Shown: piece by piece, positions 11,629 to 23,236 of the stretch
How positions within the stretch are numbered: position 1 is the stretch's first letter
Layout: each line of letters opens with the position of its first letter
From: Chiloscyllium plagiosum
Lineage: Eukaryota
Direction of reading: 5' to 3'
NCBI RefSeq assembly: GCF_004010195.1
Contig: NC_057733.1
Location: 40,068,441 to 40,132,440, forward strand
DNA length: 64,000 nt
Made by a program: the position numbers and the translations under genes
The notes under the pieces: generated by a model
Database searches by the model: none
What the model was told of the DNA's origin: nothing
Seen by the model: the letters and a program-made list of their open reading frames with translations, nothing else

Positions 11629-13489
11629 AACACAAATTCCCAGCTCGGCAAACAGAACCACAACATCCTTTCTGAAAGCTTGTGAGACTTCCAACCAAAC
11701 TGTGGAACGATGAACATGATTTTCAGTGCTCATTAACTCCAAGAGAAATGCCAGGAATGACACCAACGACTCGACATGGCCTTCCTCGACAAGACCAAGG
11801 CTTTTGACTCAGTTAATCAGGAAGTGCTTAGGAAGACCCTGTCAAAAGTCAGCTGTCCAGTGAAATTTATCATCCTCTGTCTCCTCCATGATGGCTCTCA
11901 CCCATGATAATATGACAGAATCCTTAGATGTTAAATCATTTTTTCTGTCTTAATCACCACCAAGCTGGTGTGCACCTTGTCTACAGGATGGACAATCTCA
12001 ATTGGTTTAAATCCAAGAAAGAAACAATATCGACCTCATTTGTGGAACTTCAGTATATGGCTAATGAAAATTTTTACATCTCGCTTACTGCCTTCGCAGT
12101 AGCATACCGAAGAATGGGTCTCAGCCTCAACGTTTACCTTTACCAACACATCTGGTCAAGTTCTAGTCCATCCTTCCATTAAGATCAATGGAAAGATCAT
12201 CCTAAATGTGGAACATTTCCTTTACCTGGGAAACTAGCTCTTATCCAAGGCTGATATTGATGCGGAGATTCAACATCACAATCAATCAGTGAACACTGCC
12301 TTCGGAAACCTAAGGATGAAAGTCTTTGATGACTATGACATCCACGCTGATACTAAGATACTTGTGTATAATGCAGTCATCCTTCTCCCTCTTCTATATA
12401 GTTCTGAAACTTGGATTACTTATAGATGCAACCCCAAAAACCTTGAGAAGTACCATGCAAGTTGTTTGAGATGGATTCTCTGCATCAGCTGGGAGGACAG
12501 ATGTACTAACATCAGCATCCTTGAAGCAGACAATAGCACCATTATTGATACCATGACCATCAGAAACCAACTCCGCTGGGCCAACCATGAACTTAAGATC
12601 CTTGAGTTCTCATTATCAAAACAGATCATTCAAACAAGAGGAGGACAAAGGCGCTGTTTCAAATACACCCTGAAGGCTTCCCTCAAGAAATGCAACATGG
12701 ATGTCAACACATGAGAGATCCTTGTTCAGAAGAAGCCAATTTGGAAGAAACTCCTGTATGATTCTTTACGAACACCTGTCAGCATTAGGGAATACGGAAA
12801 AGGAACCAGATAAAGGAATCCCAATGAGCTCAAGGCCAAGGACCAATTCCACCTCCTGAAAACACCTGCCAAATGTGTGATTGGAGATATGGCTCTAGGA
12901 TTGGGCTTATCAGCCACAGAACCCACAGAACCCATGACCAGTGACACAGAAGTTTCAAGGTGGGCAATCATAGTAATTTACAAGTGATTGCTGACGATAA
13001 ATTAATTAATCTTAAGGGGCCTCCCTGACCAGAATCCACACAATTATCGTCCCCTCCTATTGACTTCATTGCTGCTTTGTGGGATGGGAGATTCCAAACT
13101 GTGAAATGCTTTGGTTTGTAGTAGTGTAAATTGCGCAGAGTGGTAGGACTAAATGTTCCTAGCCCCTGAATGATCTGGAATTTAATGAGTCAGCTGGGAA
13201 AAGATCGTGCATGGTAAAAACTGAGATCCTCAAGGGTTGAGAAAAAAAGTCTGCGTCTACAACTAAGTGTTGAGCAGTGAAATGAGAATCTCAGTAGTGT
13301 GTGATAAAAGGCCAGTTAGCATATACTTGTCATCAGAACCTAACCTCACCTCTTTGATAAGCAGTTTCCCGTTCTCCTGTGAACCAAATAGAAAATAATT
13401 CCTGACAAGAAAGTCAGAGTGTGTACTTAGCGACTCCAGCTCACCACTTGCTCCTTTAGGCCCCCATCTTGGACAGCAGTCCACAGAAT

Positions 13490-13740
13490 TGCAGGTTACA
13501 CTCCATGGGCAATGACCATTTGTATTCTGCATTCACTGAGGTTGGCAATGGACATCAGGCACACCTAGGATGCTCTGTTCTGCACAACAGGAGCAGGCAG
13601 AGAGCAGATGTGATGGACTCTGAAGGGCTGAGATAATGGTAGCAATTTCTGAGGAGGAACAACACTTTCAGCATGCCAGAGCAGTGCGGCACTCAACATA
13701 ACAAGCCAGACTGGACTTCATTGACACTTGATTCCAAAAC
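13490..13740 (+). mobile_element. Possible PIF/Harbinger transposase C-terminal remnant
   Basis: GCSVLHN at about 13569-13589 and QARLDFIDT*F at about 13702-13734 resemble the Harbinger CCxLHN and ARxxLIxxxF motifs. Very decayed. Confidence 0.35.
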
Positions 13741-15084
13741 ATGTGAGCTAGATACATTGATCATTCATTGACTGTAAATGTATAATTGCTTGGAAGACAA
13801 GCAGAGCTGAGATTTGTTTTGAAATAGCTTTTTGGATTGGACTTTGGGCTAAACCTGCTGCTGTGCTCAAAGAAAGAATCAGCCAACAAAGGGAATTTAC
13901 AGAGGAGCATTTTACAGAACACAAGTGGAGGTGGAGAGGTTTCAAAAAGAAATGCCTGAGTCCAAGGCTGAGGTGACATAACTAAGGATGCCTGAGTATA
14001 TTAAGGGGTTAAACATACAAAGGAGTATTTTTGGTGCAACCAGAAACTGATATCATTCAGCAAGCTAAGGAACAACATGTATTACTTCTGTACTTAGATG
14101 CACCACAGCCCTAGGACCAGCAGCATTCTCCAGCAGCTCCGGAACAGCCCCCACATGAAGCAATAGTTAAGAAATAGGATGGAGAGCTGACAAACTGGAG
14201 CCCTTTCCCTTCTACTTAAGAATAAGCTTTGTACTTACAATAAAGAAAGAGGGTTTAAGATGATCTGAAGTTTACAAAGGAAGGAGGATGGGAGCTCGGT
14301 GACAAGGTAATTAATATACTGACATTTGGAAATGACAGCTGCATGCCTGAGAGTTTCTGTGACAGACAGTGCGAAAGTAGCAATATTAGTGTGATGGCGA
14401 GTACACCGAGTCGGGAGATCAACTCAGAATCAGATATTGAATACAAAGTTGCAAATGGACTGCTACAGCCTGAGACAGAGAGGAAAATAGTGGCAAGTTT
14501 GGGGCAAATGCTAAAGATGATACATTTAATTCCCCTTAGGTTTCCATGGATGAAATTGCATCTCATCCACAGCTGGACATCAGATGAGCAGCTTCAAAAC
14601 ATCTTGCGTGCTGACGGTGAGGATGAGGTGAATGTTTACAGAATATATTTGAAAGTCGATTTACTCTGAAAGCACTGGAACGTATGCCAAATCCATCCAG
14701 AAGTGACAAGAAATCCAGACAGTGTTATCATAAATGCCTCATTTACATTCTCCTGGTCAAACTCCAAATTAAACATTGCAGAATATATGTGGAGGTCGGC
14801 AAACAAGAGTGAAGTTTAAGCTGGCAGGAGGTCACCACTCAAAGACTCCTGGGAATAGTAAGTGGCGAGGATGAGGATTCTGGAGTTGATCTAATCACAC
14901 GAGAGGGAAATCCTGGGAACAGCAGCCAAAATGATTCCTTCTGAAGCCTGATAATAGTTGAGGCTTGATAATAGTTGAGAATTCTTCCATAACTCCTCTG
15001 AGTTTTAGTTTTCTGTGACAGAATTAAATTTGTTCAGAAAATTTATCAAAATTTAACATGATATAGTAGAATTGTAATTGACTA

Positions 15085-15240
15085 TTTTTATTTAAGAAAC
15101 ATTTAGATGAGCACTTGGAACACAAAAGAATACAAGACTATGGGCCAAGCTCTGGGAAATAGGATTAGTATAGATAGGTTTTCATGACTTGTGCTGATAT
15201 GATGGCCAATGCTGTAAAATCTCTATAATTCGATTCTTGT
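15085..15240 (+). mobile_element. CR1 3' tail fragment
   Basis: tttaagaaacatttagatgagcac..tatgggccaagctctgggaaataggattag. Confidence 0.6.
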
Positions 15241-16028
15241 GATCATTTTTTTAAATTTTAGGACAGTTTATCACATTATGTTTATCAAATTGCTCACGTT
15301 AATTTGAGAAAAGACCCATCTGTTTTGTTTGGAAGAACTACAATGAAAGGTTACATATGTCTGCCCAGCTTTCTCAGGGACAGAGGGGAAACACATTTAA
15401 AATTATTTTAATTTAGTTTAATGTAATTGGACAATGGGTGGGGTCACTGGCTGAAAGCACATTTTCAGGATTTTCACATTTTCACATTTCCCTGCCTGGC
15501 ACCTGTCATAAGTATTTAGAACACATGATAGCAATTAAATGTGCCCAAGGGTGTTAAGCAATTTTCTCCTCGACTTGTCAGCAAAGTGTTTCATCTGCTT
15601 CTTTCTACTGAGAAATGGAACACATTTGGGCAGGATCCTCGCCAATATGCTCAAGGTCTAGACAAATGCTTAATTAGCCAATGGCAATGTTAAAGACAAA
15701 ACATTCAACCAGCCTCTGAGATGTGGTCTTTGCAGCATTCTATCACCAACCAAATTAGCATCATCCATCAACATCAACTTGTTCTACTTCTTGGTTTCAC
15801 AACTGAAATAGTATATTGATCGATGTTAATATCTTTTAAACTTATTTTGCTTGCAAGACTATTGTCTGAAATGTTGTATGGTGCAGTTGCAGCAAAGATA
15901 ACCTGAAGCTCTGCGTATCGCTCCCACGAAGTTGCCTTCATAATATGGCCAAGCAGTTGATGATCAGCTTATAAATCTTTCCAATTTACCTGATAGCAGG
16001 CAGTAAGAATAGGAGAGGCTGCTACCTA

Positions 16029-16229
16029 CCCAGACCCATTTCCCAAAACTACAGGCAATTTATCATGGCCAATTCACCTAACCTGCACATCTTTGGACTG
16101 TAGGAAGAAACCAGAGCAAACCCGGGGAGAATGTGCAAACTCCACACAGACAGTTGCCCGAGGTAGGAATTGAACCCAGGTCTCTGGTGCTGTAAGGCAG
16201 TGGTGCTAACCACTGAGTCACCATGCTGC
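16029..16229 (-). mobile_element. HE1/V-SINE-like tRNA-derived SINE
   Basis: Minus strand has an A box (TGGTGACTCAGTGG), a B box (GGTTCAATTCC) and the V domain gtctgtgtggagtttgcacattctccc. Confidence 0.9.
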
Positions 16230-16277
16230 TCATGGAGAAAAAAGGAGAAAAGACAAAAAATAAAAATAGTGTAGGTA

Positions 16278-17900
16278 TAGAAGATAGAACAGCATTAATC
16301 AGGTCATTTGGCCCATCATAGCTGTGCCGCCCATGACACCATTTCTAAATTAATCCCATTTACCTGCATATGCTCCATATCCCTCTATTACCTGCCTGTT
16401 CATAAGTCTGTTTAAACGCCTCTTAAACTTTGCTATGTGCTTGCTTCTACCACCTCTCCTGGCAGTACATTGCAGGCATCTCCCTTCTTCTCTATAAAAG
16501 ACTTTCCTTGCACATCTCCTTTAAAATTTCCCCCTCTCATCTTAAACCTATTCCCCAAGTATTTGACATTTCCAAAAGGGAAAAAAGAATCTGAGTATCC
16601 GTGCCCATAATAATTTTACATACTGCCCTCAGCCTCCAATACTCAAGTGAGAACAATCCAAGTTTGTCCTACCTCTCCTTTTAGCTAATATATTCCAACC
16701 AGGCAACATCCTGGTAAACCTCCTTTGCACCTTCGCCAAAGCTTCCACATCTTTCCCTTACTGTGAAGACCAGAACTGTATACAATACTTCAAATGTGGC
16801 CAAACTAAAGTCTTTTACAGCTCCAGCACGACTTGCTAGCTTTCATGTTCAATGCCCCAACTGATGAAGGCCAACATGCCGCATGCCTTCTTTCCAACCT
16901 TATCCATTTTCAGGAAACTTATGGGCGTTCACCCTAAGATCCCTCTGTATACCAATACTCTTGGCATTTACTGTAGATTTTCCTGTTGCATTTGACCTCC
17001 TAAAATAAATAATTTCACACTTGTCTGGCCATATATACTCCAACTGATTTATATCATGTTGCATCCTTTGATAATTTTCTTCACAATAGTGAGGTGCGGT
17101 GAAAATAGTGCGGTGAAGAAGGCATATGGCGTACTGGCTTTTATTGGTAGAGGAATTGAGTTCCGGAGTACTGAGGTCATGTTGCAGTTGTATAAGACTC
17201 TGGTGCGGCCGCATCTGGAGTATTGTGTGCAGTTTTGGTCGCCATACTATAGGAAGGATGTGGAGGCACTGGAACGGGTGCAGAGGAGGTTTACCAGGAT
17301 GTTGCCTGGTATGGTAGAAAGATCGTATGAGGAAAGGCTGAGGCACTTGGGGTTGTTTTCATTGGAGAAAAGAAGGTTTAGGGGTGACTTGATAGAGGTG
17401 TACAAGATGATTAGGGGTTTAGATAGGGTCGACAGTGAGAATCTTTTTCCACGTATGGGGTCAGCTATTACAAGGGAGCATAGCTTTAAATTAAGGGGGG
17501 GTAGGTATAGGACAGATGTTAGGGGTAGGTTCTTTACTCAGCGAGTCGTGAGTTCATGGAATGCCCTGCCAGTAGCAGTGGTGGACTCTCCCTCATTATG
17601 GGCATTTAAGCGAGCATTGGATATGCATATGGAGGATAGTGGGCTAGTGTAGGTTAGGTGGGCTTGGATCAGCACAACATCGAGGACCGAAGGGCCTGTA
17701 CTGCGCTGTATTCTTCTATGTTCTATGTTCTAATCCACAATTCCATCATTTTCATGTCATTTCTAAACTTACTAATCGGGCCATCTGCCATTTTCACACA
17801 GATCATTGATCTACATTTCAAGCACCAAAGATACCACCACTGATCCTTTCAGAACACCATTGGTCGCAGACCTCCATTAAGAAAAAAACACCTCTCCACA
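16278..17900 (-). mobile_element. Older CR1 3' portion, interrupted by a younger CR1 at 17090-17732
   Basis: Tail at about 16278-16330. RT similarity (..QRMQHDINQLE..PDKCEIIYF) continues collinearly at 17732-17900. Confidence 0.85.
17090..17732 (+). mobile_element. Young 5'-truncated CR1 with uninterrupted RT C-terminal frame
   Basis: ORF to 17652: AVKKAYGVLAFI..LYKTLVRPHLEYCVQFWSPY..WNALP. Followed by a 3' UTR and (TTCTATG)n tail. CpGs retained. Confidence 0.96.
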
Positions 17901-18119
17901 ATGACCAGAGAAATTGCCCTGGAACTTATGGACACTCCAGGTCAACTCATGTGTCTTGTTCTCAATACTTTATCTTTCACTTAGTAGGACAGTTTGCATT
18001 TTTCTTTGAACTCTAGCAACCAAGCCATCCAGACTCTGAAGTCAGGCAAACTCTAGAGTACATCACATGACCTTCTGCATTTCTCCTAAATTTAAAGTCA
18101 TTCTCAAATTATAACACTC

Positions 18120-18280
18120 AAGTAAAAGAGAGAACTGCAGATGCTGAAGATCTGAAGCAGCAACAGAAATTGCTGGAGAAACTCAACAAGTCTGGCAGCA
18201 TCTGTGAAGAGAAAGCAGAGTTAATGTTTTGAGTCCATTGACAGTTGTGAAGAAAAGCCCCTTGCCTCAAAACAATTAAA
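18120..18280 (-). mobile_element. PLE terminal-repeat arm with short fold-back
   Basis: Reverse complement of the 5900-6036 repeat type. Confidence 0.75.
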
Positions 18281-18674
18281 ATTCATGATTTTAAGCAAGA
18301 AAGCTGATCAGATATTTTATACTATTTGCAACAGAAAAGCAATGTTCTGGAATCAGTTCATTTGACCATTGAATTTAGAGAAAATTTTTGAGAATGTTAA
18401 ATAAGTTATGATCATGGGAGAATTCTGAAATAGTATTCTGGTAACCATAAAAACATACTTAGATGATTATCAAGTAATCAAAGACACAAGAAATGAATGT
18501 TCTGGTGGATTTTATGATATATCACATAGACAGTTACATACAGGGTTATAGGCATTTGGGAATTAACCAGGAAATTAGAAAAATAGAAACTTTGGAGTCT
18601 GAAAATACATTACTGTTTGGGAACCAATACAAAGATGCTAGAATTATAAAGGAGAAAGGCTAGAACTTAAAACT

Positions 18675-18860
18675 CAAGCATGTGGTGCTGGAAAAGCACA
18701 GCAGGTCACGCAGTATCTGAGGATGCAGTATCCCTCATCATGAAGGACTTTTGCCTGAAATGTTGATTTTCCTGATCCTCGGATGCTACCTGACCTGTTG
18801 TGCTTTTCCAGCACCACACCCTTGACTCTAACCTCCAGTATCTGCAGTACTCACCTTCAC
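18675..18860. mobile_element. Fold-back PLE-derived element with perfect 15-bp TSD
   Basis: CTAGAACTTAAAACT at 18660-18674 and 18861-18875. Inverted arms. Hammerhead remnant ATGAAGGACTTTTGCCTGAAATGTTGA at 18740-18766. Confidence 0.9.
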
Positions 18861-19299
18861 CTAGAACTTAAAACTGACTAACAGAAAGTTAAAAGCTTTG
18901 ATTGCAAAAATATTGGACATACAGTATAAGGCCAATGGCTGGAAATTAAATGGAAGATCAATTGCAGCAGTAGGAGTGCTTAAGAAATCCACAGTAATGG
19001 TTGTACCAAGAAAGGAGGTGGGTCTTAGAAATCTAGCAGGAGTACAGGTGAGACTTGTTCCCTCAGAACCAACTAGGTGTTCGCTTAGGATAGTCAAGAG
19101 AATTCTTCCTCAATTATTGTTAAGGAGAGTCAAACTATCAAAAGTTCTGGTTGTATTATCTCCAAGGGAGAAGTGTTTTCTTACACCTCCAAAAAAAAAG
19201 TAAATTTATAAAGAAAGATTTGAAGACTTTGTTCAAAGAGGAGAGGTATTCCCAGACTCTTCTCATCAATGAAGCAAACGAGCATGGAAATTGAGTGAC

Positions 19300-20200
19300 A
19301 TTGGAACAATTCAGGCACTGATGCTGAATGATGGTATAACTTGCCTTTCAGAAGGGCTAATGAAGGAACAACTTGGAGATATAAGCACAATTCATCAACT
19401 GGTCCCATTGCATAGAGTTGTAATTAAAAAAAACTGAGTAAGTGGAGAGCTTCTAGTTGGAGCAGTATATCACATCACAATAGAAAGAATTGATTTTATC
19501 TTGAGGAATTACCTGATGGTTCATAAATATTAGCTGCACTGAGGAACAGCCAATGGAAGTGAACATAAACTAATTTCTTGCAGGAGAAAAATGCAGATTG
19601 TTTTCTAACTATATTATGACTAGATCGCAGGTCCATGGAATTAGATGGGAAGAGAATAAATTTGATACAAAAGAGAAATACATTGCAAATTAATTTATCT
19701 GACATTATTTTTGAAAACAAGTGAAATAGAAGGTAAAGAGAATGAGGCTGAAATTTTTATCCCTCCCTTATTTACTAGTTCGCTGAGATACTAACAGTCA
19801 CATGGAAAGCTAATGGTCCTAATGGTTAATCCCTTTTGAATTAACATGCTGACTCTTATACAGCCTTATTAAACTGTCCATCTCATCCACTTTGGTGTGA
19901 TTTAGTGTCATCAAAATTACTGATAGGTAGAAAACTGAAGACTTAACTCCCTGTTTTACTAAAGATGCTAATCCACTGCTGAGTCTAAGAAACCATAAGG
20001 CTGTTTTAAATAGATAACACAATGCAAGATGGTTGATACATTTGAAGCAAGGGCAATGGATATCAATAAGAGATGTTAACAGGACTTGTACACTCATTCA
20101 ACAGGCAATAGATCTGTTAGGGATTGAATATTTTCTGTAATGCTGAAGATGTTGCATGAAGTCACCTCAAAAACCTTATTCCATTGCAGAACAATTGTAC
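19300..20200 (+). mobile_element. Very old CR1-like ORF2 remnant
   Basis: Faint, ordered SPGPDG-, WKxANV/YRPIS- and FDKVPH-like traces at about 19630, 19802-19875 and 20150. Confidence 0.35.
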
Positions 20201-20985
20201 TGAAATGATTGTTTGGGACAGAACTCGTGAGGAACATAATGACGATAGTGACAGTCTAAGGAGAGTGCAAGGTCAAGATCAAATTCATAGTCATGATCAA
20301 AATTGAGATCAAGAGTCTGGAATTCAAAGTCATGTCAATCTTCCAGATCCAAAGAATTTGTGGAATCAGAAACGTGGGGAGGAATGAGGTCGTCAAAATG
20401 GATGCTAACAATGTGAAAAATCTTGGGGAGAGGAAAAGATTTTGCATAATTTAATGTGAACAAATGAATGATTTTTTTCGTCATATGTATTTTACAGTGA
20501 GAAACCAATCAATGACAGTGAACGATTTGAATAGTTTTAAGAATAAGAAAAAAAGGAAGAAATAGCTTAAAGAGTGTCCATCAGTCCTGAACAAGCTCAT
20601 CAACAATGCCGCCTATACCACCATCCCTTCTCCACCATCTCACCATCATCGATGCTGAAACCAACCAGCGGTGAAGTTACCACTCTTTAGACCACACCTT
20701 TTGGTGCCAGATCAATGTTCCTCCATCACTGCCTAATTAGCGCCTACGCTGGACCCACTAAAAGCAGAGTCACATTGCTTGTCATTGCTTGTCACATTGC
20801 TGTGATGTCCTACCACCGCAGCCAGAGTTGGAACCTACCAACGATGAAGTTACCAATCCTCAGTTGGTATCTTACACCCTGGGCCTACCTCACTCATGTC
20901 ACCTCCACCAACATAGCAACTGCTGATTCCAATGTCAGGTCCCATTCCTGCCCCAGAAATGTAAGTAGGTAGGGGTTCACTTCAA

Positions 20986-21498
20986 TTCATGCTGGGCCCA
21001 ATCGGGTCTGTGCTAGGTCCACTCGAGTCAACACTGGGCCCCACTTCGGTCCATGCTGGGCCTATTCCTGTCCAAGCTGGGCACCACTCCAGTCCATTTG
21101 GGCTCACTCCAGTCGTGCTGGGCCCCACTCCTGTCCATGCTAGGCTCCACTCGAATCCATGTTGGGCCCACTCCAGTCTGTGCTGAGCCCCACTCCAGTC
21201 CATGCTGGGCTACTCAAATCCAAGCTGGGCCCCACTTCAGTCTGTGCTGGGCCCACTCGAGTCTATGCTGGACCCAATCGAGTCCACGCTGGGCCCCACT
21301 CCAGTCTGTGCAGGGCCCCACTCCAGTCCATACAAGGCTCACTCCAGTCCATGCTGGGCCCCACTCCAGAGCATGTTCTCCCCACTCCAGTCTGTGTTGG
21401 CCCCACTCCAGTCTGTGCTGGGCTCACTCCAGTCTATGCTGGGCTCACTCCAGTCTGCGCAAGGCCCAACTCCAGTCCATGCCGGGCCCACTCCAGTC
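20986..21498 (+). repeat. GC-rich minisatellite block 1 (21-22 bp unit GCTGGGCCC(C)ACTCCAGTC[CAT/TGT])
   Basis: More than 20 tandem diverged units, seen directly. Confidence 0.97.
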
Positions 21499-22168
21499 AT
21501 AGAGTCATAGAGTCATAGTCATGAGTGGCAGGCAAACAATTCCAAATTGTCCATGCCGACCAGATATCCTAAATTAATCTAGTCTCATTTCCCAGTACTT
21601 GGCCCATATCCTCCTATTCATAAACCCATCCAGATGCTTTTTAAATGCTGTAATTGTATGAGCCTCCATCACATCCTCTGGCAGCTCATTCCATACACGT
21701 ACCACCCTCTGTGTGAAAAGGAAAGACCTTGGTTATTCACCCTATCCATGCCTTTCATAAGTCTATTAACTAAATCAACCCACTGGCCCACCTGATCAAG
21801 ATCCTGTTGTACTATGAGGTAACCTTCTTCGCTGCTCACTGCACCTCCAATGTTGGTGTCATCTGCAAACTTACTAACTATACCTCTTATGCTCACATCC
21901 AAATCATTTATATAAATGATGAGAAGCAGTGGACCCAGCATTGATCCTTGTGGCACTCCACTGGTGACAGGCCTCCAGTCTGTAAAACAATCCTCCACCA
22001 CCACCCTCTGTCTTCTACCTTTGAGCCAGTTGTTTCAAAATGGCTAGTTCTCCCTGTATTCTATGAGATCTAATCTTATTAACAAGTCTACCATGAGGAA
22101 CCTTGTCAAGCACCTTACTGCAGGCCATACAGATCACATCGACTGCTCTGCACTCATCAATCCTCTTC
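21498..22168 (-). mobile_element. Internally deleted CR1 inserted in the minisatellite
   Basis: ORF 21669-22004 ([31 protein letters not shown]), the KVLDKVPHGRL peptide, and a (catagagt)n tail at 21498-21525. Confidence 0.93.
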
Positions 22169-22171
22169 ATG

Positions 22172-23236
22172 CCAGCTCCAGTCCATGCTGGGCCCACTCC
22201 AGTCTGCGCTGGGCCCACTCTGTGACAGGCCCACTTGAGTCTGTGATGGGCCCACTCGAGTCTATGCTGGGCTCACTCATGTCTGTGCTGCCCCCACTTG
22301 AGTCTGTGCTGAGCCCACTTGAGTCCATGTCAGGCCCACTCCAGTCCATGCTGGGCCCACATGCGTCTGTGTTGGGCCCATTCCAGTCTGCACTGGGCTC
22401 ACTCCAGTTTGTGCTGGGCCCACTTGAGAACACACTGGGCCCACTTGAGTCTGTGCTGTGCACACTTGAGTCTGTGCTGGGCCCACTCAAGTCTGTTCTG
22501 CGCACACTCGAGTCTGTGCTGTGCCTACTAGAGTGTCTTCTAGGAGAAAGTGAGGACTGCAGATGCTGGAGATCAGAGCTGAAAAATGTGTTTCTGGAAA
22601 AGCGCAGCAGATTAGGCAGCATCCAAGGAGCAAGAGAATCGATGTTTCAGGCATAAGAAGGGCTTATGCCTGAAACGTCGATTCTCTTGCCCCTTGGATG
22701 CTGCCTGACCTGCTGCGCTTTTCCAGCAACACATTTTTTACTCGAGTGTCTGCTTGGCCCACTCGAGTTTGCGCTGAGTCCACTCGAGTCCATGCTGTGC
22801 CTCACTCGAGTCTGAGCTGTAGCCACTTGAGTCCATGCTGGGCCCACTTGAGTCTGCGCTGGGCCCAGTTGGGTCCACAATGGGCTCACTTGAGTCTGCG
22901 CTGGGCCTACTCGAGTCTCTGCTGGGCCCACTTGAGTCTGCGCTGAGCCCACACGAGTCCATGCTGTGCCTCACTCGAGTCTGCACTGGGCCCACTCGAG
23001 AACATGCTGGGCCCATTCGAGTCTGCGCTGGGCCCACTCGAGTGTGCACTGAGCCCACTCGGGTCTACGCTCGGCCTACTCAAGTCTGCATTGAGCCCAC
23101 TCAAGTCCACGCTGGGCCCACTGGAGTCTGCACTGGGCCCACTCGAGTCTGCACTGAGCCCAATCAAGTCTGCACTGTGTCCACTCGAGTCCACGCTGGG
23201 CCTCACTCGAGTCTGTGCTGGGCCCAGTCAGGTCCA
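22172..23236 (+). repeat. Minisatellite blocks 2-3 (21-bp unit GCTGGGCCCACTCGAGTCTG[T/C]), split by a PLE fold-back
   Basis: About 40 tandem units, producing LGPLESA heptad pseudo-ORFs. Confidence 0.97.
22540..22739. mobile_element. Fold-back PLE-derived element in the minisatellite
   Basis: Arms of about 76 bp (22582-22657 and 22663-22738) with a 5-nt loop. Partial hammerhead GAAGGGCTTATGCCTGAAACGTCGA. Flanked by tact(a/c)gagtgtct. Confidence 0.92.

Larger units (their letters stand above)
11100..11664 (+). mobile_element. PLE 3' fragment nested in RTE, with 160-bp inverted terminal repeats and a 23-bp TSD
   Basis: Arms at 11124-11285 and 11505-11664. Internal HEHQLATKRHD..HEFDWDNT..REFLEAWHS (GIY-YIG C-terminus). 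TSD at 11077-11099 and 11665-11687 (2 mismatches). Confidence 0.93.
10045..12998 (+). mobile_element. Decayed RTE-clade LINE (APE end, RT, C-terminal C2H2 finger)
   Basis: IDYIIV..DC*TD (about 10046-10130), MKNGKAAGVDGIPAEIFK, ILPES..F..MIF, DKTKAFDSVN, VYNAVILLPLLYSSETW..LRWILCISWEDR..QLRWANH, and TCQMC..SRIGLISHRTH (about 12864-12926). Many stops and frameshifts. Confidence 0.9.

Noticed and set aside
14343-14669. 108-aa ATG-initiated ORF
   Set aside because: No recognisable domain, convincing splice signals or partner exons; expected by chance.
16150-16229. tRNA genes at SINE heads (also 35860-35936 and 55750-55820)
   Set aside because: A/B boxes are present but cloverleaves are degenerate and continue into SINE bodies.
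17056-17652. 198-aa ORF as a host gene
   Set aside because: It is a CR1 ORF2 C-terminus, and the listed start comes from the antisense older CR1.
20270-20350. Degenerate 6-bp periodicity (gtcaag/atcaaa)
   Set aside because: Short, low-complexity and without further support.
22582-22738. Pre-miRNA or classical MITE interpretation of the long hairpins
   Set aside because: They are multicopy, PLE-derived, with variable apex and long variable TSDs, unlike a miRNA locus or a fixed-TSD DNA transposon.
20986-23236. CRISPR-like array
   Set aside because: Units are contiguous with no unique spacers, there are no cas genes, and the context is eukaryotic.
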